Shown: positions 8,394 through 18,625, numbered from the stretch's first letter. The stretch: DNA of 64,000 nucleotides from Desulfosudaceae bacterium (GCA_963674745.2 CAXXDV010000001.1:1536001-1600000); one strand, 5' to 3'. Numbers and translations are program-made. The notes: a model not told the origin generated them from the letters alone.

Positions 8394-11300
8394 AAAACAA
8401 TTCCATTTGAACCGGCCCCTTACGGGACGTTTTCCCTTTTCCCAGGTCGGCGGATGCCAGAAGTCGGGTTTCGATGTCTTCGACAAAAGGGGAAATTCGG
8501 CGCTGCTCTGTTTTGCCATAAATGCGCCGCCGTTTGGCGTGGGTAAAAAACAGCTGCTCCCGGGCCCGTGTCATGGCCACGTAAAGCAGGCGGCGCTCTT
8601 CATCGATATCAACGGTATTTTTTTGCGAACGCTTTAAAGGCAGATAGCCATCCTCACAGCCGGCCACAAAAACGATGGGGAATTCCAGCCCCTTGGCGGC
8701 ATGGATGGTCATCAGCCGCACTCTGTCGGCCCGGGGAAGATGGGCGTCTGCATCTGATGCCAGAGAAATGCCGGCCAGAAACGAAACCGGCGCCAGCCCG
8801 CTTTCTCGCGCGGATTGGATCAGCAGGTCGCAGGTTTCCCGGGTTTTCTGCTTGCTGTCGATGACCGATTGAATGTCTGACCGTGTGTCAAGTATATACC
8901 GCAACTGCTCGTCCGTTTTCATTTGCTGTGCCTTATCCCGCATTTCCAGAAGCCTTTCGGCCAGCGTGGCCAGCCGGGCCTGAACCGCGTTGCCGACGCC
9001 GTCGGCAGGAAAACGAATCAATGATGACAGCATTTTATTGATGGTTAATCCATGCTTTATGTTCCAGGCTTCCAGCGCTTCAACGGTACGGGTTGACTGA
9101 CGTATTCCGCCGCCGGACAGGACCCGTTTAAAATCCATCATACTGCCGCAGTCGTTAAGCAGACGCAGCAGGGAAATCAGTTCCGCGATACCGGCCGCTG
9201 CAAACATTTTTTCCCGGCTGACCAGGTGACAGGGGATGCCGGCGGCGCCCAGGACATCGGCGAACACGGTTGCCTGGGTGCGTGTCCGGAAAAGAACGGC
9301 CATGTCGGAAAAAGCATAAGCCTTTTCCGGATCTTCATACCCGGCTTTGCCGAAATCCACGGAAAAGAACCCCAGTCCACCCACAAGGGACTCAATGGTT
9401 TTTCCCACAAACGTGGCTTCCGCTTTGTCGGAGGCCAGTCCGGCCACGGTTATGGCCGGCTGACCGGAAATGCCCGAGTAAACCCTTACCCGCTGAGCAT
9501 TTTCCGGTTGACGGCTGATGACATTGTAAGAGGCCGACAGAATCGTTTCCGTGGACCGGTAATTTTTATCCAGGCAAATGGCGGCGGCACCCGGATAGTC
9601 CCGTTTAAAATTATTGAAAAAAGCCGTGTCCGAACCACGGAAGCCGTAGATCGCCTGATCCGGATCGCCGATAACGCAGATGTTGCCGTCGGGCGGTGCC
9701 AGTGCCCGGATCAGCCGGTACTGGCCGTAGTTGATGTCCTGGTATTCATCAATAAATACAAATGGATACTGCTGGTGACAATCGCGCTGGAAAACCTCGT
9801 CCGTTTCAAGACGGTCAACGACACGTTCGATCAGATCTTCATAATCCAACAGTCCATAGCTTTTCAATAAATCCTGGTAGGCCTGGTAGACGGCTGCCAG
9901 GACCGATGGCGGCATGTCGCCGGTAATTTTTTCCAGGTCATCTGCCGGACCCAGCAGCAGCTGTTTGGCCCGGCAAATCATCTCGGCAAAGCGGGCCGGC
10001 TGTTTCTCTGCGGCCGGGTCGGCAAGATCCGCCCGTCGGACGGCGTCGGATATGATTTGCCGCTGGTCTGTCTCATCGATAATCACCGGCACGGTTTCGG
10101 TGAACGTTTTCAGGAGGCTGAAACAGAACGCATGAAAAGTGGACACCCGCGGGCAGGTGCCGGTCAAGCCCGTCATCTCCAACAGGCGCTGAGACATTTC
10201 GTCTGCGGCCCGGTTGGTAAAGGTGATGGCCAGGATGTTGTCGGGGTCGATTTTTTTTTTCGTGATCAGGCGGGCAATGCGGCAGGTAAGGGTATGTGTT
10301 TTACCCGAGCCCGGTCCGGCAATAATGATAAGCGGTCCGGTTCCGTAATTGACGGCTTGACGTTGCCGGCCGTTCAGTTTACTGAAGAGCTCTTGCGGTT
10401 GGACGGTTGTCGGGGGGCCGTCCGGAATACCCGGTAATGACGGCTGGCTGGCCGGCTTCGGCGGCGGCATCACCGCCGTTTTTGCGCAGGTGTCACCACC
10501 GGCTGTTTCAGCAGGGGGGTCGGAAAACAGGCTGATGTCACCTTTGAGACGGTCGATTTCTCGGGGTTTAAACACCTTGACCCGGCCGTATTCTCCATCA
10601 AATCCGGGTGTCAGCTGGATGTTTCCCCTGCGGATCCGGTCAATGGCGATATCCAGCAGCAACTGGCCGCTTTTTTTGATGTCTTCGACGGGTGTATCGT
10701 AAAGCACCTCGAATTCCGGGCCGACTTTTTCCAGTACAGTGTTATAGGCCGCCGTCACTTTTTTGGATTTGGGGCCTACGCCCAGAATTTCCGACAACAC
10801 TTCTTCTAAAGGAACAAGGCTGTAAAAAGGATGATGCCGGTCCGGTTTTTCGTCCGGGCCGCGATCGGCCAGTTCTTCGACCCGGTACAATACGCCCAGG
10901 GTCAAGGGCTTGCCGCATACCGGGCAGTTGCCGTCATGCTGCCGGGTAATATCGGGTGAAAACGAAATGCCGCAGGCGCGGTGGCCGTCAAAATGATACT
11001 TGCCTTCCTCGGGAAAAAACTCATAAGTACCCAGGTATTGTTCGGGATCCCCGGTTTTCAGGGCCTGCCGCATGTCGGAATAAGAAAGCCCGGTGTTAAA
11101 GAGGCAGGCCTCACGGCCCAGCTTGGAAGGGGAATGGGCGTCGGAATTGGAGACCAGGGTCAGGCCGTCGATGTTCGATACCCGCCAGTTCATGGGCGGG
11201 TCGGACGACAGCCCGGTTTCCACGGCAAAGATATGCGGCGTAAGATCTTCAAAGCATTCTTTTATGTCGTCAAAACCGGATTTTGAGCCGAACAGCGAAA

Positions 11301-11808
11301 ACCAGGGCGTCCAGATGTGGGCGGGGATCAGGTATGCTTCCGGCGTTGTTTCCAGTGCGATTTCAAGCAGGTTTCGAGCGTCCAGCCCCAGGATCGGCCG
11401 CCCGTCCGATTTGATGTTGCCGATGGCATCCAGCCGGGCGTTAAAACGCGCCGCCGAATCCAGGTCCGGCATCAATACCAGGTTGTGATTTTTGCGGGTC
11501 CGATCGTTTTTTTTATATATATTGCTGATTTCCGTGGACAGTACGAACCGAACCGGCCGGCGGCAGGAAGGGGGCACCGCCTGATCACAGGCGGTCGCGA
11601 TCTCCGGATTTAATTTAAAAAAGCCTTCTTCAGCCGGCACCAGTTTTTCCCGCAGTTCGGCAAACCAGGCCGGATGGGTATAATCACCCGTGGCCACCAC
11701 GGTGATGCCCTTTAACTGGGAAAAAATATAGAGATGTTCCAGATCCAGGTTTTTGGCCGTAGCCCGGGAGTATTTGGAGTGGACGTGTAAGTCGGCAATA
11801 TATCGCAT
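8392..11808 (-). CDS. fusion of PHP-fold endonuclease Q-like domain and UvrD/PcrA SF1 helicase
   Basis: N-terminal ADLHVHSKYSRAT, GDYTHP, AHIWTPWFS, SNSDAHS, GKYHFDGHRAC...CPVC. C-terminal AGPGSGKT, DEYQD, GDPDQAIYGFRG, TIHAAKGLEF, EERRLLYVAMTRA. Confidence 0.9.
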   Translation of the reverse strand: MRYIADLHVHSKYSRATAKNLDLEHLYIFSQLKGITVVATGDYTHPAWFAELREKLVPAEEGFFKLNPEIATACDQAVPPSCRRPVRFVLSTEISNIYKKNDRTRKNHNLVLMPDLDSAARFNARLDAIGNIKSDGRPILGLDARNLLEIALETTPEAYLIPAHIWTPWFSLFGSKSGFDDIKECFEDLTPHIFAVETGLSSDPPMNWRVSNIDGLTLVSNSDAHSPSKLGREACLFNTGLSYSDMRQALKTGDPEQYLGTYEFFPEEGKYHFDGHRACGISFSPDITRQHDGNCPVCGKPLTLGVLYRVEELADRGPDEKPDRHHPFYSLVPLEEVLSEILGVGPKSKKVTAAYNTVLEKVGPEFEVLYDTPVEDIKKSGQLLLDIAIDRIRRGNIQLTPGFDGEYGRVKVFKPREIDRLKGDISLFSDPPAETAGGDTCAKTAVMPPPKPASQPSLPGIPDGPPTTVQPQELFSKLNGRQRQAVNYGTGPLIIIAGPGSGKTHTLTCRIARLITKKKIDPDNILAITFTNRAADEMSQRLLEMTGLTGTCPRVSTFHAFCFSLLKTFTETVPVIIDETDQRQIISDAVRRADLADPAAEKQPARFAEMICRAKQLLLGPADDLEKITGDMPPSVLAAVYQAYQDLLKSYGLLDYEDLIERVVDRLETDEVFQRDCHQQYPFVFIDEYQDINYGQYRLIRALAPPDGNICVIGDPDQAIYGFRGSDTAFFNNFKRDYPGAAAICLDKNYRSTETILSASYNVISRQPENAQRVRVYSGISGQPAITVAGLASDKAEATFVGKTIESLVGGLGFFSVDFGKAGYEDPEKAYAFSDMAVLFRTRTQATVFADVLGAAGIPCHLVSREKMFAAAGIAELISLLRLLNDCGSMMDFKRVLSGGGIRQSTRTVEALEAWNIKHGLTINKMLSSLIRFPADGVGNAVQARLATLAERLLEMRDKAQQMKTDEQLRYILDTRSDIQSVIDSKQKTRETCDLLIQSARESGLAPVSFLAGISLASDADAHLPRADRVRLMTIHAAKGLEFPIVFVAGCEDGYLPLKRSQKNTVDIDEERRLLYVAMTRAREQLFFTHAKRRRIYGKTEQRRISPFVEDIETRLLASADLGKGKTSRKGPVQMELF

Positions 11809-11811
11809 TTT

Positions 11812-12057
11812 TTAAGGGTGTTCTCGAATCTTTACTTTTTCTTTTGTCTCTGTAATCAGCAAACTCATGATCTCGAGGGGAACATCTGTTCCAAATGTTT
11901 CAACAAAATACTGACCGTTGGCGTTCCAGAAAAAGACGCTGGCGACCCGTTGGCTCCGGCCGTTTGATTCTTCATACAGCTCAAAACCACTGTACTCGTC
12001 TTTTTTGTCATCAATAAATTTTGACGTGTATCGAAGATTTCCCCAACTAAGATCCAT
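11812..12057 (-). CDS. small hypothetical protein (AT-richer than its neighbours)
   Basis: GGAG RBS; 81-aa ORF filling the gap between ogt and the helicase fusion. Confidence 0.65.
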   Translation of the reverse strand: MDLSWGNLRYTSKFIDDKKDEYSGFELYEESNGRSQRVASVFFWNANGQYFVETFGTDVPLEIMSLLITETKEKVKIREHP

Positions 12058-12075
12058 ACTACTCCAATGCTGTGT

Positions 12076-12642
12076 TTAGAAATGGCTGTTGCCTGAGGTT
12101 GCCGCTTCCATGGCTATCATTTTCTGCTTTATTTCGCAACCCGAACCAAAGCCGCCGAGGGAGCCATCCGCGCGGATGACCCGATGGCAGGGAACAATCA
12201 CCGGAAACGGGTTTTTATTCAGTGCATTGCCCGCGAACCGGGCGCCCCGGGGAAAACCGGCCTTTTCCGCCACTTCACCATAGGCACGTGTTTCACCATA
12301 GGGAATATGGCGCACAACTTCAAGGACGGCCCGCTCCTTCGGTGTCAGCGGCTCCCAGGACAGCCAGGCTTCCGGAACGGTTTCCGGTTTTTGTCCGTTA
12401 AAAAAAGCCGTAAGAATCATTTTTATCTGAAGGGCCGAGGGATGATGCGCTTCTTCCCGGCCAACCGGGTCCGGCATAAGATTCCGCCGGCCGGTCCCCG
12501 GCAGGGTGATACGGCAAACGGCAAACGGTTCCGGCCTGTAAACCAGGCGGCATTGTCCCCAGGCCGTCTTAAACCATAAGCGGCGCAAGTCCCTGCCGGT
12601 CGGGAAAGCGTGACGTCTGGTTTCAGGCCGGATCATTGTCAA
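12076..12642 (-). CDS. ogt: methylated-DNA--protein-cysteine methyltransferase
   Basis: IPYGETRAYGEVA, ARFAGNAL, NPFPVIVPCHRVI active-site motif. Confidence 0.92.
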   Translation of the reverse strand: MTMIRPETRRHAFPTGRDLRRLWFKTAWGQCRLVYRPEPFAVCRITLPGTGRRNLMPDPVGREEAHHPSALQIKMILTAFFNGQKPETVPEAWLSWEPLTPKERAVLEVVRHIPYGETRAYGEVAEKAGFPRGARFAGNALNKNPFPVIVPCHRVIRADGSLGGFGSGCEIKQKMIAMEAATSGNSHF

Positions 12643-13900
12643 ATCCGCAGTTCAGGTTTCCCTGGTCATCAAAAGCCATTTCAGACCAGTCTCCGGCCAT
12701 GGTAAGCGCGGGGTTGTCGCCCATGTCAGGCTCAAACGCCCTTGAAACCATCATTGTTTCAAGGTGGCGGGTGTCTTCAATGCGGATGATGCGGGCGTTT
12801 TCCGGTGACGCCAGCCCGCAGCTTCGGGCCGCGGCCAGGACGGCCTCCCGGTCGGAATCAAAAGCCATGGGAATGGCCGCCTTTTCCGGCGATATGGCTG
12901 CCAGGGCGTTGATGCGTGTTTTTTCCCGATCAATGGCGTGCACCAGTCGCGTGGTCGTAAAATCCGCCAGGCCGATGCCGTTGGCGTTGCCGTCGCTGGC
13001 CGGAGAAAGATGCCTGACAAAGATCCGTTTAACATGCGGAGCTGTAAAAAAATCGCCGGTAATATCCCGGTGTCGGCCGGTGACATTGGAGTCCATACCG
13101 ATCCCACTGATATCTTTGCCGATTTTATCAACTACCAGGATGTCCACCCCGTCAAAAGGAATGCGGGCCATTTTCCGGTAAGTTTCTTTTAAAAGGGTTT
13201 TTTCTGTTTCGATTAACCCGGTGGCCGAGACGGCTTCAACCCGGTCGATTTGGCCGTGCCCGTCTTCTAAGATGGCCAGTCCGCCGGCGATACGACAGGC
13301 GCTGATCATAAATTCCGCTGCCCGGCGGATGATGTCAAATGATTCGGTAACGGCAAATCGATGGATTTCGGAAGCGCCGTCCGCTTTGCCCAATCCCACC
13401 ACCAGCATTTTTGCCAGGCCGCTCTCGATGTCGCCGACGAATTTGGTGTGAGGTTTTACCCGGTTGACGGGAAAAATGTAATCAGCCGCCAGGGCTTCTC
13501 GCGCCACAAAAACATTCATGCCGCAGTCCAACCGGCCGACAGCTTCAGTGGCCATATCTGATCGGACAGGCACACCCATGGTTTCGGCGGTGATGCCCAG
13601 GCCGGCCAGTATTCTCTCCTGTCCTTCCGGGGTCGCGCCGCCATGACTGCCCATGGCGGGTACGATAAACGGGCGGCAGCCGAGTTTTTTAAAAAAGGCG
13701 ATGCAGGCGGCGGTAACGCCATCAATGCCGTCAATGCCGCGACTGCCCACGGCCACCGCTATGGCGGCCCCTTTTTTCAGCTTGTGGCTGTCCGGGCAGG
13801 CGTCAAGGGCACCGGCAACAGCACCTTCGATATCCGTCAACGAAGAAGTGTAAAGGTGCTGCTTTACACGGATCATTTGCGGGAAAAGGGTATTATTCAT
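12623..13900 (-). CDS. LarA/lactate-racemase-like N-terminal domain protein (DUF2088/DUF362-type)
   Basis: AVGSRGI, PAMGSHGGATPEGQ, NRVKPHT, GKDISGIGMDSNV, GNANGIGLAD. Confidence 0.75.
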   Translation of the reverse strand: MNNTLFPQMIRVKQHLYTSSLTDIEGAVAGALDACPDSHKLKKGAAIAVAVGSRGIDGIDGVTAACIAFFKKLGCRPFIVPAMGSHGGATPEGQERILAGLGITAETMGVPVRSDMATEAVGRLDCGMNVFVAREALAADYIFPVNRVKPHTKFVGDIESGLAKMLVVGLGKADGASEIHRFAVTESFDIIRRAAEFMISACRIAGGLAILEDGHGQIDRVEAVSATGLIETEKTLLKETYRKMARIPFDGVDILVVDKIGKDISGIGMDSNVTGRHRDITGDFFTAPHVKRIFVRHLSPASDGNANGIGLADFTTTRLVHAIDREKTRINALAAISPEKAAIPMAFDSDREAVLAAARSCGLASPENARIIRIEDTRHLETMMVSRAFEPDMGDNPALTMAGDWSEMAFDDQGNLNCGFDNDPA

Positions 13901-13916
13901 AGGCCTGAAAATAAAA

Positions 13917-13948
13917 ATCCCGGCTTTTACCTTTTGATAAAAGCCGGG
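13917..13948 (-). terminator. probable intrinsic terminator after the ferredoxin gene
   Basis: TCCCGGCTTTTA...TAAAAGCCGGGA inverted repeat followed on the minus strand by a T-run. Confidence 0.6.
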
Positions 13949-13987
13949 AAAGAGAAAATACCATAGTAAAAATGGTAAGAGCCGATA

Positions 13988-14176
13988 CTAAACCTCTTCT
14001 ACGGTAATGGCGTCCTGCTCGCAAACTTCGACACAGGTCTCACAGCCGAGGCACTCTTCCATATTCACCGGCACAGATTTTTCGTCCTGAATCTCGAATA
14101 CCTCGACAGGGCAGTTATCAACACAATCTTCGCAACCGGTGCATTTACTTTCGTCAACTGTTACATTCCAAGCCAT
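13988..14176 (-). CDS. 2x[4Fe-4S] ferredoxin
   Basis: CTGCEDC...CP and CLGCETC...C motifs; strong AGGAGG RBS. Confidence 0.95.
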   Translation of the reverse strand: MAWNVTVDESKCTGCEDCVDNCPVEVFEIQDEKSVPVNMEECLGCETCVEVCEQDAITVEEV

Positions 14177-14322
14177 CTTCCAACCTCCTTTTAGTTGAAT
14201 AATTTATATGTTGGTCAACTTTGATATTATTTTATCAATATCCTCAAAGCACAAAAGTGTAGAAATTTTCTATATCACCATAAAAATCAATGTCAAGAGA
14301 ATATCATTGTTCATAAAAATAT

Positions 14323-15300
14323 TTATGCCGGAAACACGGTGGCAACAATGGTTGAGGCGGCCCCGTTTTCTCTTATGTCACTGTTTTCAAAAAGCTTATC
14401 GGAAAGACGGCTTAAAAATAAACGGGGCGGGACCGCCGCCAGATGGATGATCGTCAATACAGGGCCTGTCGGATCGGCCGCTAACGCCGGCGGCAGGTCT
14501 TTTTCCGTTACAGGGCTTTTGTTATGGGTCAGATTTTCCATAAAATCAGACAGGTTGCTTTTCCACTGTGCGCCGGCCGTGTGTCCACGTAAAACAGGGA
14601 TGTTGATCCGGATAACGGATGCGTCTTCAAAACGGTCTGAAACAGCCGCCATCACCGCATTGCCGGATGTGACGTAAACGGCGGAAAACCGGACGTCTTC
14701 GGCGGCCAGCCGTGACCAGGCCGTCAGTCGTTCAGTTGTCATCAGTTCACCGGCCTCGTCAAGTGCGCTGCCGTCCGCTGTGGCGGGTTCTTTTCTTTCG
14801 TCGTCTTCGTCGTTTCCTTGCAGGGCTGCCAGCATGGACAGTTTTTTCGCGTCCTGGGCGGAAAGCGATTCATCGATTTCCGTTTGGACGCGATCAAAAT
14901 TTTCCGTCATACGCAGAAAGACTCTTGCTGCCATAAGCATATCCGCCGGTTCGTCGGGTGCTCCGGACACCGGATGCACGATATCCTGCCTCAAGTAAGA
15001 TATGGTGCTTTCGTCAAAAAACGGTATGCCGCTGCCGGGTGATTTGAAAAAGGAAATATCGGTCCCCATGTTGGCCTGGCGCCACTGACGATAATTGTCA
15101 AGAATCAGGTCCACGGCATGACCGCTGTCCGGTATGGGGTTGCACAGGGTTATCTGCCCGGATGACAGCAAATCCGGGTCGAACGACTCGCGCGCGGAAT
15201 CCGTCGGGATGTAGACGCGGATTTGATTAAAGCAGGACAACAGTATTTTCGCGGTTTTCGTGTCCAGGTACGTGAAAGGAAAAACAACCGGTTCTATCAT
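14323..15300 (-). CDS. hypothetical protein (likely start MIEPVVFPF at 15300)
   Basis: Long ORF; AGAGG RBS and ATG 10 nt after the stop of the cysK-cysS fusion. Confidence 0.75.
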   Translation of the reverse strand: MIEPVVFPFTYLDTKTAKILLSCFNQIRVYIPTDSARESFDPDLLSSGQITLCNPIPDSGHAVDLILDNYRQWRQANMGTDISFFKSPGSGIPFFDESTISYLRQDIVHPVSGAPDEPADMLMAARVFLRMTENFDRVQTEIDESLSAQDAKKLSMLAALQGNDEDDERKEPATADGSALDEAGELMTTERLTAWSRLAAEDVRFSAVYVTSGNAVMAAVSDRFEDASVIRINIPVLRGHTAGAQWKSNLSDFMENLTHNKSPVTEKDLPPALAADPTGPVLTIIHLAAVPPRLFLSRLSDKLFENSDIRENGAASTIVATVFPA

Positions 15301-15310
15301 GTATGCCTCT

Positions 15311-17617
15311 TTATTTGGTGTCGACGACCGTAACCCCCAGCGCCAGCAGCTGCTCACGCAATTGATCCGCCAGCGCCCAGTTTTTTTCTTTTCGGGCCTG
15401 ATCCCTTTGCTGCATTAATTTCCGGACTTGCGTCGAGTCGGTGGCGGCCGGTTTTGAAAAATCAAAAATATTTAAAACCGCATCGATCTGTAAAAAAGCG
15501 TCCAGAATTTTGGCGGCGGCCGCCTCATTCAGGGCGCCTTTTGTCAAAAAGGCGTTTATCTGCTTGATGTTTTTGAAAATGCTGGCCAGGGCCGCGGAGA
15601 CGTTCAGGTCATCGTCCATGGCATCAATAACGCCCTGGCGGATATCATACAGGATCTGGTCGATCTCCTGCGAAGTGGCCAGGTCTTGTTCAGATGTTCC
15701 ATCGATTTTTTTGTCGGCGATGGCGGACAGCGAACGGAAGCAGTTGTCCAGGCGGGTCAGGGCGCGTCCGGCCATGGCCACGCTTTCTTCAGAGTAGGCC
15801 AAAGGTTTTCGATAGTGGGTGGCAATAAACCAGTAGCGCAGCTGACGACCGCTGACACCGGCCGAAAGCGCGTCTTCGATGGTTAATCCGGCCGGTTTCC
15901 AGTGTTCGGTATCATCGGCCGAAAATACAGCTTCGCAATGAATCCAGTACTTTGCCTGTGGCTTTCCGGTCAGGGCCCGGGATATGGCCTGCTCATTTTC
16001 GTGATGCGGAAAGACCAGGTTGATGCTCCCGGTATGAATGTCAAACTGGTCACCCAGGTGCTTGCGGGACATGGCGGCACACTGAAGGTGCAGTGAGGGG
16101 CGGGTATTTCCCCATTTCGTTTGAATATAGTGACCTTTTTTCAGGTCCCCCAGCCGGGCCCGTTTTAAAAGGGTAAAATCCCGGGGGTTGTCCTTTTCGT
16201 ATTCATCAAGGTCAACGGTGGCGCCCAGCCGGATTTTATCGGCATCCACCCGCGAGAGCTGTCCGTAATCCGGCAGGCTGGAAATGTCAAAATAAATCGA
16301 GCGCAGTTTTTCATAGGCCACGCCTTTGTTGACCAGTGTTTCCGCGATATCCAGCATCTCCGCGAATTCTTCGCTCGGCAGGGGGTACTTATCAGCCGGT
16401 TCGACACCCAGGGTGTCCAGGTCGTGCTTGATATGATCAACATATGTCCGGGTGAAATCCGCCAGGCTCTGATCGGCCTTTTCAGCGCCTTCAATGGTGG
16501 CATCGTCAAAATCGGTAATATTGACAATATGTTTGACGTTATATCCCCTGAAGGTGAGATAGCGGGACAGCACATCCGCGAAAACCATCCGGCGGCAATG
16601 GCCCAGGCTCATGCGGCTGTTGGCCGTGGGGCCGCAGGAATACATCTGCACCCGACCCGGGTTGAGCGGCACAAAGTCCTCTTTCTGCCGGGAGATGGTA
16701 TTGTAAAGCCGGATATCAACCGGCTCCCGGGTGGTAAACAGGGTGGTGCTCAGATAACGCTCCCCGCTGTCCGGAAAAAGGGTCACCACCGTTCCGGATT
16801 CCATGCTCATGGCTTGCCGGCAGGCCTCGGCCATGGCTGCGCCACTGCTCATACCCACGAACAGGCCTTCTTCGGCGGCCAGCCGCCGGGCCATTTCAAA
16901 GGCGTCTTCATCATCGATGTTGGGCTTTTCATCCAGCCGTTTCCGTTCATATATTTCGGGGCGGTAAGACTCCTTCATATTCTTCAGCCCCTGGATCTTA
17001 TGCCCCAGGTAGGGCTCAACCCCCACAATACGGATGTCCGGATTCAGCTCTTTCAAACGTCGGGACAGACCCATGGCGGTTCCGCTGGTGCCCAGGGTGA
17101 CCACCAGCGCGTCCAGTTGCCCTCCGGTCTGCTGCCAGATTTCTTCAGCCGTACCGTAATAGTGCGCTTTCCAGTTGGCGTCATTGTTGAACTGGTCGGT
17201 GGCAAAATATTTGTCCGGGTTTTCTCTTACCAGCCGGTAGACTTCTTCGATGGCACCGTCTGTTCCCCTGTGGCCGGGTGTCAGCAGGATTTCCGCGCCA
17301 CGGCCCTGTAAAATCCGTTTTCGCTCTTCACTGGCGTTTTCCGACATGGCCAGGCAAAGCCGGTATCCTTTTATGGAGCAGACCATGGCCAGGCCGATGC
17401 CGGTATTGCCGCTGGTGGCCTCGATGACGACTTTATCTTTGGTCAGCTCACCGGACTTCTCCCCTTCGGCGATCATAAACGCTGCTGCGCGGTCTTTGAT
17501 CGAACCGCCGGGGTTCATGTATTCCAGCTTGGCCAGGATTTTTACGCCGGGATTGGGGCATAAATGCCGTATTTCAATCAGGGGCGTATTCCCGATAAAG
17601 TCCAGCAAGGTGGGCAT
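15311..17617 (-). CDS. PLP-dependent cysteine synthase (CysK/CysM-like) fused to a cysteinyl-tRNA-synthetase-like domain
   Basis: IGNTPL, NPGGSIKDR (PLP Lys), ATSGNTG, GTSGT, GERYLST; then LYNT, YSCGPT, NITD, DFTL, FPHHENE, MDDDLN, RDQARKEKNWALADQLR. Confidence 0.9.
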   Translation of the reverse strand: MPTLLDFIGNTPLIEIRHLCPNPGVKILAKLEYMNPGGSIKDRAAAFMIAEGEKSGELTKDKVVIEATSGNTGIGLAMVCSIKGYRLCLAMSENASEERKRILQGRGAEILLTPGHRGTDGAIEEVYRLVRENPDKYFATDQFNNDANWKAHYYGTAEEIWQQTGGQLDALVVTLGTSGTAMGLSRRLKELNPDIRIVGVEPYLGHKIQGLKNMKESYRPEIYERKRLDEKPNIDDEDAFEMARRLAAEEGLFVGMSSGAAMAEACRQAMSMESGTVVTLFPDSGERYLSTTLFTTREPVDIRLYNTISRQKEDFVPLNPGRVQMYSCGPTANSRMSLGHCRRMVFADVLSRYLTFRGYNVKHIVNITDFDDATIEGAEKADQSLADFTRTYVDHIKHDLDTLGVEPADKYPLPSEEFAEMLDIAETLVNKGVAYEKLRSIYFDISSLPDYGQLSRVDADKIRLGATVDLDEYEKDNPRDFTLLKRARLGDLKKGHYIQTKWGNTRPSLHLQCAAMSRKHLGDQFDIHTGSINLVFPHHENEQAISRALTGKPQAKYWIHCEAVFSADDTEHWKPAGLTIEDALSAGVSGRQLRYWFIATHYRKPLAYSEESVAMAGRALTRLDNCFRSLSAIADKKIDGTSEQDLATSQEIDQILYDIRQGVIDAMDDDLNVSAALASIFKNIKQINAFLTKGALNEAAAAKILDAFLQIDAVLNIFDFSKPAATDSTQVRKLMQQRDQARKEKNWALADQLREQLLALGVTVVDTK

Positions 17618-17853
17618 GGTTTTCCTTTTTTTGTTCTTCTGCTTGTTTATTGAAAAACTGTCGTTCCTTAATCCATTTAAACTAAAGGGTCCAAGGGGTC
17701 AAGGATTCCAGGGTTCAAGGGCTTGTTTTTTTTGCCCTTAAAAAACATTTCTGACTTTAATTCAAAAGGGTTGAAAGTTCATCAATTAAAATAAGTATTA
17801 TTTTCTCACCTGGCCTCTGGACCATTTCGGAAAGGCACGGGGCGGTGACCCAT

Positions 17854-17912
17854 GTAGGGGCACCCCCCTGTGGGTGCCCTTTTATAGGGCGGCCACAGGG
17901 GGCCGCCCCTAC
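17854..17912. repeat. GTAG-type REP doublet
   Basis: GTAGGGGCACCCCCCTGTGGGTGCCC ... GGGCGGCCACAGGGGGCCGCCCCTAC; near-identical copies at 43560, 43645 and 57497. Confidence 0.85.
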
Positions 17913-17918
17913 AACACC

Positions 17919-18563
17919 TTAACGGCTCAACATCTCAACCTTTTTAGCAAAACCTTCCAGCAACTCATGTCTGACCTCGTCTTCACTTCCGGCCGCGTCG
18001 ATGATTAAAAACCGCTCCGGTTCCCGTTGAGCGATTTTTCGGTATCCTTTTCGTACCCGGTTATGAAAATCCAGCTTCTCGGATTCAAAGCGGTGGTCGG
18101 CGCTGCCTTCTTCGTTTCGTTTGATGCGTTCCCAGGCCCGGGCCAGTCCGGTTTCCGGGGGCAGGTCAAAAAGGATGGTGATGTCCGGTTTTACGTCGCC
18201 GGTCGCGACCCGGTTGAGCAGGGCGATCAACTCCCTGTCCAGCCCCCGGGCAAACCCCTGGTAGGCCTCGGTGGCATCGCAGAACCGGTCACAGATAACA
18301 GCTTTTGCTTCAGCCAGGGCCGGTAAAATAACGGTCTGGACATGCTGGGCCCGATCGGCCGCGTAAAGAAACATTTCGGCTTCCGGCGTGATGTCCTTGT
18401 TGGCGGGGTCAAGCAGCACGGACCGGATTTTTTCTCCGGTCGGTGTTCCCCCCGGTTCCCGGGTGACGAGACAATCATATCCCCGGTTTTCCAGAAAGCG
18501 AACCAGATGGGGAAGCTGGGTCGTTTTGCCCGCGCCTTCGGTTCCCTCCAGGGTGATGAACAT
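17919..18563 (-). CDS. tmk: thymidylate kinase
   Basis: FITLEGTEGAGKTTQ, TREPGGT, LYAADRAQH, CDRF, AYQG. Confidence 0.95.
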   Translation of the reverse strand: MFITLEGTEGAGKTTQLPHLVRFLENRGYDCLVTREPGGTPTGEKIRSVLLDPANKDITPEAEMFLYAADRAQHVQTVILPALAEAKAVICDRFCDATEAYQGFARGLDRELIALLNRVATGDVKPDITILFDLPPETGLARAWERIKRNEEGSADHRFESEKLDFHNRVRKGYRKIAQREPERFLIIDAAGSEDEVRHELLEGFAKKVEMLSR

Positions 18564-18594
18564 CGTCAACTCTTTAATTTAATGTGGTTTTTTA

Positions 18595-18625
18595 TTGACA
18601 TGCACATGCCACATTGTGGTATGGT
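18595..18625 (+). promoter_or_regulatory. sigma70-type promoter with an embedded palindromic operator
   Basis: TTGACA (18595-18600), 19-bp spacer, extended -10 TGnTATGGT. Palindrome ATGCCACA-T-TGTGGTAT at 18606-18622. Confidence 0.6.
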
